DNA of 64,000 bases from a bacterium (GTDB taxonomy: Bacteria > Patescibacteriota > Minisyncoccia > Phycocordibacterales > Phycocordibacteraceae): positions 84,379 through 148,378 of the forward strand of contig JAJZRL010000001.1 in assembly GCA_021802705.1 (NCBI GenBank), written 5' to 3'. Every line of letters begins with the position of its first letter. Position 1 is the stretch's first letter. The position numbers and the translations under genes were made by a program. Below, in pieces: positions 36,889-46,922 of the stretch. The notes beneath the pieces were generated by a model that saw only the letters and a list, made by a program, of their open reading frames with translations, was not told the DNA's origin and did no database searches.

Positions 36889-38691
36889 ATGAAAACCACG
36901 CATATTCCCGGGCACTTCGGCGGGGCTTTCCGCAGCACCATGGCCTTTTTCCGGAATCACCGCACCGTAAGCATCGTCGCTGCGGGACTCCTCCTTTACG
37001 GCCTCTGGCAGGCGTACGCAGCCATTGCTACTCCTTCGACAGCGACACGGTATGTCACGACAACGGTCGCCACCGGAACCGTAGTCGCGACCATGACCGA
37101 AAGCGGACAGGTATCGGCGAGCGCAAACGTGAACATACCGTCCCAGTCCTCCGGCGAAGTCCTCTCGGTTCCGGTCGTCGCTGGAGAGCATGTCGCATCC
37201 GGAGCCGTTCTCGCCTACCTCGATCCGACGAACGCCGAGCAAAGCGTGGCGGACGCTAAGCTGGCGCTCCAGTCGGCGCAATTAGCGCTTGATCAGCTTC
37301 TCGAACCTGCGGCGACTTCGACAATCACAAACGCGCAGAACGCGGTCGCGACCGCACAAGCGAATCTTGCCGATACGCACACGAGCGGATATAACGATGT
37401 CGCTTCCGCCTTCCTCGATCTTCCGAATATCGTGAACGGTATCGATACCATCCTCCACGGATATGCGGTTCCGGGACGCACGAGCCAGCAAAACGAAAAC
37501 GCTTATAGCGACATGGTCCAATCCTACGATCCCGCGATCGTTCAATATAGAGTCGCCGCGGAAAACTCTTTTTCCGCGGCGCAAACGGCGTACACGGCCG
37601 CGCTTGCCGCATATAATGCCACACCGCGGAATACGTCTGATGCACAGATCGAAGCACTCGTGAAGCAGGCCTACGCCGCTGCCGCCGATACGTCAGACGC
37701 CCTCAAGGCCGCAACGAACTTCCTGAATACCGCGGATACGGCGCTTACGAACGCAAACCTCACCATCCCAACCATTCTTTCAAACCAGATCTCTCTCCTT
37801 ACGGCTTATACCGGAACGACAAACAGCCATGTCTCCTCCCTTTCAGGGGATGTGTTCGGCGTTGCGAATGATGAACGGGCGCTCGCGGCGGCTCAAGCGT
37901 CGCTCGCTGAGCTGCAGGCGGGCGCCGATCCGCTTGCCATCCAGTCTTCAGAGCTCTCCGTACAGGAAAAGCAGGATGCGCTTACGCAGGCTGAACAGAC
38001 GCTTGCCGATACGGTCGTACGGGCGCCTTTCTCCGGCACCGTCGCCGCGGTCAATATCGAGCAATACCAGACCATCGGCAATGGCGTTCCGGTCGCAACG
38101 ATGGTAAGCGATAACCAGAGCGTTGACATGTCCGTCAACGAAGTTGATGCTGCGAAGCTTAAGGTCGGACAAAAAGCGACGCTCACGTTTGACGCGCTCC
38201 CGAACGTTTCCGTCGCCGGAACGGTCTCTTCGGTCAATACGATCGGGTCTGTCTCATCCGGCGTCGTATCATACGACGCTGTCGTGACGTTCGATACGCC
38301 CAATAACAAGGTGCTTCCCGGCATGAGCGCGACGGTTACCATCATCACCGGATCGCAAACCGGACTTGTCGTTCCGGCGAGCGCTATAAAAACCGCCGGG
38401 ACAACGCAGTACGTCGAAGTCTTCGACCCGCCGCTCTCTCTGAGCGAGAACCCGTCCGGCGTACCGGCTCCGATGCCTCCGAAAAACGTGACCGTGACGA
38501 CCGGAATTTCCGATGACACGAATGTCATCATAGAAAGCGGCCTTCAAGCAGGGACTCAGGTAGTGGCACAGACAATCGCGGGTGCGGGTGCCGCTCTTCC
38601 GACGAGCGCCGCACAGAGCACATCGGCTTTCAAGAACGGCGCGAAACCGGGTATCGGCCAGGGAGCTCTTATGAGAACGTTCGGGCGCTGA
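36889..38691 (+). CDS. MacA/YknX-like membrane fusion (adaptor) protein
   Basis: TM, lipoyl half-motifs (SSGEVLSV..VAGEHV; VRAPFSGTV), long coiled coil, VNEVDAAKLKVGQ, LPGMSA. Confidence 0.9.
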   Translation: MKTTHIPGHFGGAFRSTMAFFRNHRTVSIVAAGLLLYGLWQAYAAIATPSTATRYVTTTVATGTVVATMTESGQVSASANVNIPSQSSGEVLSVPVVAGEHVASGAVLAYLDPTNAEQSVADAKLALQSAQLALDQLLEPAATSTITNAQNAVATAQANLADTHTSGYNDVASAFLDLPNIVNGIDTILHGYAVPGRTSQQNENAYSDMVQSYDPAIVQYRVAAENSFSAAQTAYTAALAAYNATPRNTSDAQIEALVKQAYAAAADTSDALKAATNFLNTADTALTNANLTIPTILSNQISLLTAYTGTTNSHVSSLSGDVFGVANDERALAAAQASLAELQAGADPLAIQSSELSVQEKQDALTQAEQTLADTVVRAPFSGTVAAVNIEQYQTIGNGVPVATMVSDNQSVDMSVNEVDAAKLKVGQKATLTFDALPNVSVAGTVSSVNTIGSVSSGVVSYDAVVTFDTPNNKVLPGMSATVTIITGSQTGLVVPASAIKTAGTTQYVEVFDPPLSLSENPSGVPAPMPPKNVTVTTGISDDTNVIIESGLQAGTQVVAQTIAGAGAALPTSAAQSTSAFKNGAKPGIGQGALMRTFGR

Positions 38692-38698
38692 TATCTCA

Positions 38699-39421
38699 AT
38701 GATCGAATTAAGAGATATCGTCAAGACATACGGTTTCGGCAGCGAAACCTACACGGCGCTGCGCGGCATCACGTTCTCCATCAACAAAGGAGAGTTCGTC
38801 GCCATCATGGGCCCTTCCGGTTCGGGAAAATCGACCCTCATGCATATCCTCGGCTGTCTCGATACCCCGACGTCGGGCTCTTATGTGCTCGAGAAGAACG
38901 ATGTATCCGCCATGACCGACGACGAGCTTGCGGAAATCCGCAGGGAAAAAATTGGCTTCGTGTTTCAATCGTTCAACCTGCTTCCCCGCACGAGCGTCTT
39001 GCGCAACGTCATCCTTCCGCTCGTATACGCGGAAGTCGAGCCGAGTGAACGTGAGGAACGCGCGAAGAAGGCACTGTATGCCGCCGGGCTCGACGAAGAG
39101 CATTTCGGACACCTTTCAAATCAGATTTCAGGCGGCCAGGTGCAGCGCGTCGCCATCGCCCGCGCGCTCGTGAACGATCCTTCGCTCATCCTTGCCGATG
39201 AGCCGACCGGCAATCTCGACAGCAGGACAAGCCTTGTCGTGCTCGGTACGCTGCAGGAGCTCAACCGGACGCACAACCGCACGATCGTCCTCATCACTCA
39301 CGAACCCGACATCGCCGAACACGCAAGACGCATCATCCGCCTCAAGGACGGTCTTGTCGTTTCCGACGAGAAGAATACGGCGGTACGGGACGCGACGAAC
39401 GAAAGCAGCATCTACCCATGA
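38699..39421 (+). CDS. ABC transporter ATP-binding protein (MacB/LolD type)
   Basis: [39 protein letters not shown]. Confidence 0.96.
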   Translation: MIELRDIVKTYGFGSETYTALRGITFSINKGEFVAIMGPSGSGKSTLMHILGCLDTPTSGSYVLEKNDVSAMTDDELAEIRREKIGFVFQSFNLLPRTSVLRNVILPLVYAEVEPSEREERAKKALYAAGLDEEHFGHLSNQISGGQVQRVAIARALVNDPSLILADEPTGNLDSRTSLVVLGTLQELNRTHNRTIVLITHEPDIAEHARRIIRLKDGLVVSDEKNTAVRDATNESSIYP

Positions 39422-40653
39422 CGACGAGCGACATCATAGAGGAAACCCGCATCGCGCTCTCGGCAAACAAGGTGCGCTCCGGTCTCACGGTACTCGGCAT
39501 CGTTATCGGCATAGCTTCGGTCATCGCGCTTGTCGCCGTCGGCCAAGGCGCGCAGAACTCCGTGCAGGCGTCCATAGAATCTATCGGATCGAACCTGATC
39601 GTCGTCATGCCGGGAGCTGCGCGGCAGTTCGGCTTCGGCGCTTCTGAGGGCCGCGGGACCGCGCGCTCGCTCACAAACGGGGACGTTGCGGCCATTTCCG
39701 GCGTAGCGAATGTCGCCGCGGTGTCCGGAGAATATGACAGGAATTACCAGGTCTCGGTAGCCGGAGCGAATACGAACACGTCGGTTGACGGCGTAAGCGC
39801 GAGCTACCAATCGATCCGCAACATCCAGATGGATGCAGGCTCGTTCATTACCGACACCCAGTCCCGATCGCTCGCGAGAGTCGCCGTCATAGGCCCGACA
39901 GTCGTTACCGACCTTTTCGGCGATACCGCGACCGCACAAAACGCGATAGGACAACGCGTCCGTATCGGCGACCTGCTCTTCACGGTTATCGGCGTAACGG
40001 AACCCAAGGGAGGCTCCGGATTCGGCAACCAGGATGACACGGTTTATGTCCCGCTCGGAACCGCCCTCCAGTATTTCGCCGGAAACGGCAATCAGTACCT
40101 TTCGGTAATCGACATACAAGCGGCAAGCCAGGCGGCGATGACGCAGGTGCAGAATGACGTGACCGCCCTCCTGCTCGCGCGGCATGGCATCAGCGACCCC
40201 GCGAAAGCGGATTTCAGCATCCTCAATCAAGCGGACATCGTCTCGGCAGCATCGAGCGTTACCTCCACGTTCACGATCTTGCTGGCCGCCATCGCAGGCA
40301 TCTCGCTTGTCGTCGGCGGGATCGGGATCATGAACATGATGCTCACGACCGTTACCGAACGTATGCGTGAGATCGGATTACGGAAAGCGATCGGCGCGAC
40401 CCGTAAAGACATCAACGTGCAATTCATCAGCGAGGCTATCGCTCTGACCTTTCTCGGAGGCGGCGCCGGCATCGTGCTCGGATGGATGATATCCTACGTC
40501 GTCACGCTGACCGGCCTCGTAAAGGCTCAGGTAACGATTTCCTCGGTATTGCTCGCCTTCGGAGTCTCGACCGCTATCGGCGTCGTATTCGGGTGGTACC
40601 CGGCACGCCGCGCGGCAAACCTAAACCCCATAGACGCGCTCCGCTATGAATGA
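39418..40653 (+). CDS. ABC transporter permease (MacB/FtsX family)
   Basis: NKVRSGLTVLGIVIGI, GGIGIMNMML..VTERMREIGLRKAIGA, PIDALRYE. Confidence 0.96.
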   Translation: MTTSDIIEETRIALSANKVRSGLTVLGIVIGIASVIALVAVGQGAQNSVQASIESIGSNLIVVMPGAARQFGFGASEGRGTARSLTNGDVAAISGVANVAAVSGEYDRNYQVSVAGANTNTSVDGVSASYQSIRNIQMDAGSFITDTQSRSLARVAVIGPTVVTDLFGDTATAQNAIGQRVRIGDLLFTVIGVTEPKGGSGFGNQDDTVYVPLGTALQYFAGNGNQYLSVIDIQAASQAAMTQVQNDVTALLLARHGISDPAKADFSILNQADIVSAASSVTSTFTILLAAIAGISLVVGGIGIMNMMLTTVTERMREIGLRKAIGATRKDINVQFISEAIALTFLGGGAGIVLGWMISYVVTLTGLVKAQVTISSVLLAFGVSTAIGVVFGWYPARRAANLNPIDALRYE

Positions 40654-40707
40654 CGCGGGTGGCGAAACGCGTATTACTTACCAAAACCACCAATACACCT
40701 ATCGCCT

Positions 40708-41124
40708 ATGCGAAATATCACGGCTCCCGGGATTATTGCGATTATCGCGGCGCTCATCATCGGCTTCGGCGCCGGCTACTATATCCCGCACGGAACACAT
40801 GCCGCGAAGAGTCAGACGCGCAAGGACATGCGGCTCGCGCAGGGGACGAACCAGGCATCGAAGGAATTTCTCTCCGGTACCGTCGCGAAAGAAGACAGCG
40901 AAAGCATAACGGTGGATACCCGGGACGGGAACTCTCACGTGGTGCTCATAACGCCGGCTACCGTCGTCGATAAAAGCGTTACCGGAACGACGAGCGACAT
41001 ATCGCTCGGTTCCGACGTTCTCGTTTCCGGCGCAACCAACGGCGACGGGTCTGTTTCCGCTTCGCTCATCCAGCTTCGGCCGGCGGGTGTCCGAGGTATT
41101 CCAAACGGAACCAACCACCGGTAG
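40708..41124 (+). CDS. membrane-anchored DUF5666-like protein
   Basis: TM, then GTV..ITV....SDISLGSDVLVSG.TNGDGSVSA..IQ. Confidence 0.75.
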   Translation: MRNITAPGIIAIIAALIIGFGAGYYIPHGTHAAKSQTRKDMRLAQGTNQASKEFLSGTVAKEDSESITVDTRDGNSHVVLITPATVVDKSVTGTTSDISLGSDVLVSGATNGDGSVSASLIQLRPAGVRGIPNGTNHR

Positions 41125-41179
41125 GAGAACGATGTGGCTTCCGCTGCACACGCGCCGATACGTGCGCTATAGTGAAGCC

Positions 41180-42655
41180 ATGGACGAAAATCAGGGTTCT
41201 CCCAAAGAAGAACGCGCGAATGCGTTCAAAACGCTCATAGGCAAAGTATATTTCCACCGCGTTCCTTCATACGGCAATACGATATTTTACTCGCTCGGTT
41301 TCCTGGCGCTCACTTGTCTCACGGTGCTTGTCGTGACCGGTATCACGCTCGCGTTCATGGGACAAACGTGGTGGCTGACGAACCCGTGGGGCATCTATGT
41401 CCGGAGCGTCCACTTGTGGACCGTCCAGGCTTTCATCATCGTTCTTCTTGCGCATATCCTCGTCGGATTCATGACGAGCGGCTTCCGGCCGCCGCGCAGG
41501 ATGGTGTGGGTCTTCGGCGCGACGATCTTCTGCCTGGTGCTCATTCAGACAGAGTTCGGCTATGGTTTGCGCGGCGACTTCTCTTCGCAGTACCGCGCGG
41601 TCTCCGGCGCGGATTTCTGGAATGGCGCGCATCTCGGGTACTGGCTCAATCCGCTCAATTACACGCAGGCCTTCGCGCTCCATGTCGCCATCATCCCCTT
41701 CGCGATATTCGCCTTGTTTATCGCGCACTACCTGCTCGAACACACCTACGGCATCGCGCGGCCGTACCGTAAGGATGTCCCGTATACGATGGTCGCCGCG
41801 AACCATCGTATCCTTTTCCTTCGCGGCGGAGTCCTTGTCGCGCTCATTCTGGCGCTTGCCGCGCTCTTCCACTCCCCCTATGTCGCGCCGGTGCGTATCG
41901 CGGACGTCGCACGGAAAGACCCGGGCCTCATGATGACGACGCTCCTCGCAGAATTCGACCGGACATCGGACACGGCAACCTATTTCGACTCTATCGACCC
42001 ATACACGTTCGATACGCGGCAGGTCTATATAACCGCGCCGTACGAACAATACATCCTGGACAACGGGAATCAGGATGCGTGGGCGGCATTCGAAAACGAG
42101 CCGGCTGATCTGCAGCAGGCTGACTTGCAGCAGGCCGAAGCGTACGCCAACGCGACCGACACGAGCGCTTTTGCAAGCAGCACGAACCCCGTCATCGTGA
42201 TGCTGAACACGCTTGTGCCGATGGCTCAAGGCGGATTGTATGAGTCGCTCCTGAACCAGGAAAACCCGACCGCAAACAACACCTACGTGCTGCGTTTCCT
42301 TGACGATACGGGCGCGCTCCATGCGAAAGCGGCCTCGCTCGACATGAGCACCGCCGAATGGGGTATGGCCAAAGACGAGACGGGGAGCGTCTTTAAGCTC
42401 CCGCCGGGGTCGTGGTGGCTCCTCCCTCTCGGTATGATCAACAGCGCGTTCGGTCTCCTGAGCAATCCGTACGGCGACCGCGATGCGGCGGTCATACTCG
42501 GGCTTATCATGCTCCTGTTTGTCGCCTTCCCTTACATACCGTATGTAAACCGCCTGCCGAAGCTCTTGCATCTCGCGCCATTCATCTGGGGACGCACGCA
42601 AGGGAAGCGTCCGCGCCAAGCCGAGCCTGAAAACGAACGAGCTGATACCGCCTAG
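41180..42655 (+). CDS. cytochrome b/b6-like protein with large inserted soluble domain
   Basis: YSLG, VTG.TLA, RSVH-x13-H and H-x14-H heme-ligand pairs, FGYGL. Confidence 0.85.
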   Translation: MDENQGSPKEERANAFKTLIGKVYFHRVPSYGNTIFYSLGFLALTCLTVLVVTGITLAFMGQTWWLTNPWGIYVRSVHLWTVQAFIIVLLAHILVGFMTSGFRPPRRMVWVFGATIFCLVLIQTEFGYGLRGDFSSQYRAVSGADFWNGAHLGYWLNPLNYTQAFALHVAIIPFAIFALFIAHYLLEHTYGIARPYRKDVPYTMVAANHRILFLRGGVLVALILALAALFHSPYVAPVRIADVARKDPGLMMTTLLAEFDRTSDTATYFDSIDPYTFDTRQVYITAPYEQYILDNGNQDAWAAFENEPADLQQADLQQAEAYANATDTSAFASSTNPVIVMLNTLVPMAQGGLYESLLNQENPTANNTYVLRFLDDTGALHAKAASLDMSTAEWGMAKDETGSVFKLPPGSWWLLPLGMINSAFGLLSNPYGDRDAAVILGLIMLLFVAFPYIPYVNRLPKLLHLAPFIWGRTQGKRPRQAEPENERADTA

Positions 42656-43821
42656 CTTTCGCGAAGCGAGGGAGCCGAAACCGATACGGCGCGATTGCCG
42701 AGCTGTATGGAGCTGTTCTCCCGCAAGAAAGCGACGACGGTCATGAGGTTCGCGCGCTCGCTCGGATTCTGTACCGCCTCGGTCCGGTCGGTCCCGTCCG
42801 GATACAGCCGCTCGATCTCGTCACGCACCCACACGCTCGTGATGCCCGTGTCGACGATGCCGCGCGCGGCATGATGGATAAGCGTCACCATCGCCTCGAG
42901 GGCGGTCGCGGACGGCTTGTATCCGCGCGCGGCCCTCATCGCCTGCTCCACGTCGGCGAGGTGGAGTATCTCTGCGACATCGATGCTCACGCCAAGACCT
43001 CCTACGGTAACGGGAGTCTCGACAGGAAGGTTTTGGTAATTGTGATGGCGCGCGGCGAGCTTGCTCTCTTCCGGAAAACCGAGCGACGCCAATATGGATG
43101 CGGAATATGCCTCATGCGGCCGGATGAGTTCCGCAAGCGTCTGGTTTACATCTATGCCCTGCCCGCTCAAGGCACGGACCGATTCCTGCGAAAGGAGGAG
43201 CGCTGCCGGCGCCACATCCTTGGGACGGTACCCTGTAGCGGCGAGCTCCTCGATAAGCGTTTCCGGATCGGATGCCGGAGAGGCGCTGCTTCGCGTAAGG
43301 GCCGCGTGGACGAACGGATCGTCCCGATGCAAATTCAAAAGATACGCGCACTCGCGGTCGTCCACCGTATTCGCTATAAGCTCGTACGGGACATCCACTT
43401 TCCCGATGTCGTGCAGCAGGCAAGCGCGATAAAAGATAGGGAGCGTGATGTGTTCCTCGCCGAAGAGCTCCGCGAAACGCACGTCGCTGCCGAGAAGCGG
43501 GCGCTCGACCTTTCCGCGCGCGATGCGGTATGTTTCGGCGCAGTGGTCGGCAGTTTCCGGATGGAAAAGCTCGATAACGGTAAAGGCTTCCCACACTTCC
43601 TCCGTCATGAACGGACCCGCATCAAAAAGCTGTTTTTCATACGCCGCTTTTACCCGGGCGACCTCCCTTTCGAGCAGGTGCTGCTCGCGCAAGGCGCGGA
43701 GCGCATATCCAAAACCCGCCTGTCTTGCGATTTCCCGCGCCCGGAGAGTAGGGTCTTCCTCGCGCGCAACCTCGCTCTCTAAGTGCCTCCCTTCGCCTAT
43801 CGTATGACTAAAATGGCGCAT
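42652..43821 (-). CDS. HD-domain phosphohydrolase, HD-GYP-like
   Basis: TADHC, LLHDIGK, RPHE, RHH, LADVEQAM...RGYK; GYP signature absent. Confidence 0.8.
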   Translation of the reverse strand: MRHFSHTIGEGRHLESEVAREEDPTLRAREIARQAGFGYALRALREQHLLEREVARVKAAYEKQLFDAGPFMTEEVWEAFTVIELFHPETADHCAETYRIARGKVERPLLGSDVRFAELFGEEHITLPIFYRACLLHDIGKVDVPYELIANTVDDRECAYLLNLHRDDPFVHAALTRSSASPASDPETLIEELAATGYRPKDVAPAALLLSQESVRALSGQGIDVNQTLAELIRPHEAYSASILASLGFPEESKLAARHHNYQNLPVETPVTVGGLGVSIDVAEILHLADVEQAMRAARGYKPSATALEAMVTLIHHAARGIVDTGITSVWVRDEIERLYPDGTDRTEAVQNPSERANLMTVVAFLRENSSIQLGNRAVSVSAPSLRES

Positions 43822-43892
43822 GAATGGTGCTGTTCACTATACCACAAAACGAAAAGAAGTTAATCGGCTCGTAGCGGTAAAGCTTCCGACAC

Positions 43893-44237
43893 TCATGCGC
43901 CTGAAAGTACCACTTTTAGGATTCGCGCGTGATTGTGCTGCTCATCTTTTGCGCCATATACGAGCGTTACCGTATGCCCTTCGGCAAGACGTCTGAGATA
44001 CTCCAGCTCGTGGGGATGGCCATTGAGTTCATCTTTGTATTTCTTACCGAACGCTTCCCATCGTTTGGCATCATGCCCGAACCACGTCCGTAACTGCGTG
44101 CTCGGCGCCACATCTTTCATCCACAGGTGGAGTTTCATTTCTTCCTTTTTCAGTCCGCGCGGCCACAACCGGTCAATGAGAATTCGCAACCCGTCGCCAC
44201 GAGCAGCAGGCTCATACGCCCTCTTTATCTTGAACAT
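43893..44237 (-). CDS. DUF488 (YeaO-like) protein
   Basis: IKRAYE...DG.RILIDRLWPRG, KDVAPSTQLRTWFGH, TLVYGAKDEQHNHA. Confidence 0.93.
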   Translation of the reverse strand: MFKIKRAYEPAARGDGLRILIDRLWPRGLKKEEMKLHLWMKDVAPSTQLRTWFGHDAKRWEAFGKKYKDELNGHPHELEYLRRLAEGHTVTLVYGAKDEQHNHARILKVVLSGA

Positions 44238-44417
44238 ACGCAAGTATCATACAGGATATGTAAGCCGTCTCTGTTCAGCGAGTTTGCTGCTGAGCAGATT
44301 CAGGGAGAACGGCCGGAGTCCGGGTTCCTGCTTGTGCGACATTTAATACCCGCTGTCGCTCCCACAGTCTTTTGACGAGCGCTTCGATCTTCTTTCCCTG
44401 CGCTATACTATAGCAAC

Positions 44418-45212
44418 ATGGAACCTACCCCGCTTACAGAGGCGCTTGATCTCTCATCGAAAACGGCCATAGTCACGGGCGCAGCTATGGGTATCGGCCT
44501 CGGCATCGCCTGGCGGTTTGCGGAAGCAGGCGCGCGCATCATCATTGCCGACACGAACCAGGCGGCTGCCGATGAAGCGGCCGCCCGGATCGTTGCGAAG
44601 GGGTGGCAAGCCGCAGCCATCAAGACGGACGTCTCCGACCAGGCACAGGTGATGATGATGGTCGAGGAAACATCGAGACGCTATGGCGGCATCGATATCC
44701 TCGTCAATAATGCCGGCATTTACCCTATAACGCCGGTCATGGAGATGACGCCGGATACGTTCGATCATATATTTGCAATCAACCTCAAGGGGGTGTTTCT
44801 CTGCAGCAAGGCTGCGGCCGCTCAAATGATACGTCAAGGAAGAGGAGGCAAGATAATCAATATCAGTTCTATCGACGCGCTCCATCCCTCAATCGTCGGG
44901 TTCGCCGCCTACGACGCTTCCAAGCATGGCGTATGGGGATTCACCAAGAATCTCGCGCTCGAGCTCGCCCCGCATCATATCTGGGTCAACGCTATCGCTC
45001 CCGGTGGCATCAGCACGCCCGGTACCGGCGCCGGCAAGCCGGTGAGCAAAGAAAGGGAGGAGACGATCAGGTCGTTTCTTGCGAAGATTCCTATGCGCCG
45101 CATGGGCGAGCCGGACGATATCGGCAAAGTGGCGCTGTTCCTGGCGTCAAAACTCTCTGACTACATGACCGGTTCTCAGGTCGTAGTTGACGGCGGTGTG
45201 CTGCTCGCATAG
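44418..45212 (+). CDS. SDR family NAD(P)-dependent oxidoreductase
   Basis: TGAAMGIG, LVNNAG, YDASK, VNAIAPG, VDGG. Confidence 0.95.
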   Translation: MEPTPLTEALDLSSKTAIVTGAAMGIGLGIAWRFAEAGARIIIADTNQAAADEAAARIVAKGWQAAAIKTDVSDQAQVMMMVEETSRRYGGIDILVNNAGIYPITPVMEMTPDTFDHIFAINLKGVFLCSKAAAAQMIRQGRGGKIINISSIDALHPSIVGFAAYDASKHGVWGFTKNLALELAPHHIWVNAIAPGGISTPGTGAGKPVSKEREETIRSFLAKIPMRRMGEPDDIGKVALFLASKLSDYMTGSQVVVDGGVLLA

Positions 45213-45272
45213 CCGCTAGGCGAGCCGGATTCCATAAAGCCGCAGCAAACTTGGACTAGGTTTATCCGGTAC

Positions 45273-45302
45273 TGGTGGCTTAGGGGCGAAGGGATTCGAA
45301 CC
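45273..45302 (-). repeat. degenerate tRNA 3'-end-like sequence, possible att scar at island left border
   Basis: Minus strand reads GGTTCGAATCCCTTCGCCCCTAAGCCACCA; partial match to the tRNA-Ser(GGA) 3' end in direct orientation; composition shifts here. Confidence 0.45.
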
Positions 45303-45531
45303 GAAAATACGTTGCAAAATATAGGTTTCGGCATACTGCCGATAAAAAGTCCTAAGGGCGGTGAGGGTCGGTTGCGAACTTTACCCTTTCAAGCAGTGTA
45401 AGGCTTTTTGAGCGACTTTGGAACTAGCCAAAACTAGGGGGAACGGTCGGAGTCTGATTTTCACAAATGAGACTAATGAGACGTTTTAAGGCGTTTTCTG
45501 GTGTCTCATTCTCAAGAGTCCCCTTAGACTA

Positions 45532-46032
45532 TTACACTAAGGACTGCTTACGACTTCGTAGGTACCTGTACTCATGCCAGGTAAGCCATATCACCGCTAT
45601 GTCTAGGATGGTTATCAGTAATAGCCAAGGAGAATGCGTAAAACTGAATCGATAGAGCTGATATGCAATGAACAACCCGAAGACCACTATGGCTGTGGGA
45701 TAGTACCAGAGTTTCTTTCGAAGAAGGCCAACAATGAGGAACATTTTTATAACCCCATGACTCAACAGGAAAAGCGCAGCAAAGTGTTGCGAACTTATCG
45801 AGAAATTCTGTGCCGAGTGAAGCAAGTAATTAGCGATAAAGTCTCTGGGGTCTTGCAGGAGCTCGTGCTGGGTCAGAGCAAGTACGAGGTTTAATAGAAA
45901 TTGCTGGCTGATGAAATATATCAAGACACCGCCGATAATTTCAAACAGCGCAATAACGGCTTTGGCAATGAGACTCAGCTCAAATACCAAGTGGATGTTT
46001 TTCTCTTCAAATAGTTTCTTTAGGCCAGACAT
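45532..46032 (-). CDS. DUF2127-like membrane protein
   Basis: FELSLIAKA...EIIGG, HELLQDPRDFIAN, FLLSHGVIK, YQLYRF. Confidence 0.85.
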   Translation of the reverse strand: MSGLKKLFEEKNIHLVFELSLIAKAVIALFEIIGGVLIYFISQQFLLNLVLALTQHELLQDPRDFIANYLLHSAQNFSISSQHFAALFLLSHGVIKMFLIVGLLRKKLWYYPTAIVVFGLFIAYQLYRFSFTHSPWLLLITILDIAVIWLTWHEYRYLRSRKQSLV

Positions 46033-46474
46033 TTTTTATTAAAAAGTAGATGACCGAAGTTGCCAGAATTGAGATAGCCATACTCCCCGCGACGTCGATG
46101 GGATGGTGGAGCCCAACGTACACCCGAGCCGCTGCGACAGTGAGTGCTAACACCCATAATACTATTCCCAACTTGCGGTTTAGATAGATTCCAATTGCTG
46201 CAACTGCTGATACAAGGAGTGCGTGGTCAGATGGAAAACCGTTATCGGGAGTATGCGGTATGAGCGGAGTAAAATTGCCGACTACAAACGGTCGCGTATC
46301 AAAATAGATATAACCACCAAGTAACGCAAGCAGGTAGATGAACGCCAGAGATGGCAGCGCAAAGACCAGTATCCTCTTTTGCACTGATCGCGGTTGGGAC
46401 AGAAAGTAGACACCCAGAACAAGGATAGGTATGACGAAAAGATATTTTGCAGAAAGGATAAAGAAAAGATCCAT
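46007..46474 (-). CDS. PAP2 family phosphatase (BcrC-like undecaprenyl-diphosphatase)
   Basis: RPFV, FPSDHA, ARVYVGLHHPIDV. Confidence 0.92.
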   Translation of the reverse strand: MDLFFILSAKYLFVIPILVLGVYFLSQPRSVQKRILVFALPSLAFIYLLALLGGYIYFDTRPFVVGNFTPLIPHTPDNGFPSDHALLVSAVAAIGIYLNRKLGIVLWVLALTVAAARVYVGLHHPIDVAGSMAISILATSVIYFLIKNVWPKETI

Positions 46475-46922
46475 TCAGATCATTTTAGCAAAAAAGTGAC
46501 TTTATTTCAGAGAGGTTGGCCAAAGAGCAGGCCCCAAAGATTGATAAGAAATAACAAGCATTGACAAGAGGACGGACGTATTGGGTTATCCACAGCCCCT
46601 CAGACCGGGCCAGTGACAAATAATTGCGGATCCGGGATAATTACTGGCAAGTAAGCAACAGGTACCTGTCCTCCGGTTCGGAGCCGTGAGCAAGGGTGGG
46701 AAGCGCGATCGCGTTGCTGAACGCAAGAGAAAAAACAAACCAAGGTAGCCATCACACGCTCTGTGACCTACCACATTACTGGCTAATTTTCTCGTTGGCG
46801 ATCTCTACACGCTCCACCCTAGGAGCACCCTAAATTATTCGTCCTCTAATAAGGTGCGTTTAGCGTTACTTGCAGCAAGCAAGTGTGCAAAACGTACCTA
46901 CCCACAAAAGTGGTTCTTAACC

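Noticed and set aside
45273-45302. Additional tRNA gene
   Set aside because: Only a T-loop/acceptor-like fragment with wrong spacing; no D or anticodon arm.
46586-46594. DnaA box suggesting oriC (near-matches also at ~14409, ~24649, ~34452)
   Set aside because: Boxes are isolated, with no cluster, unwinding element or dnaA/dnaN nearby.
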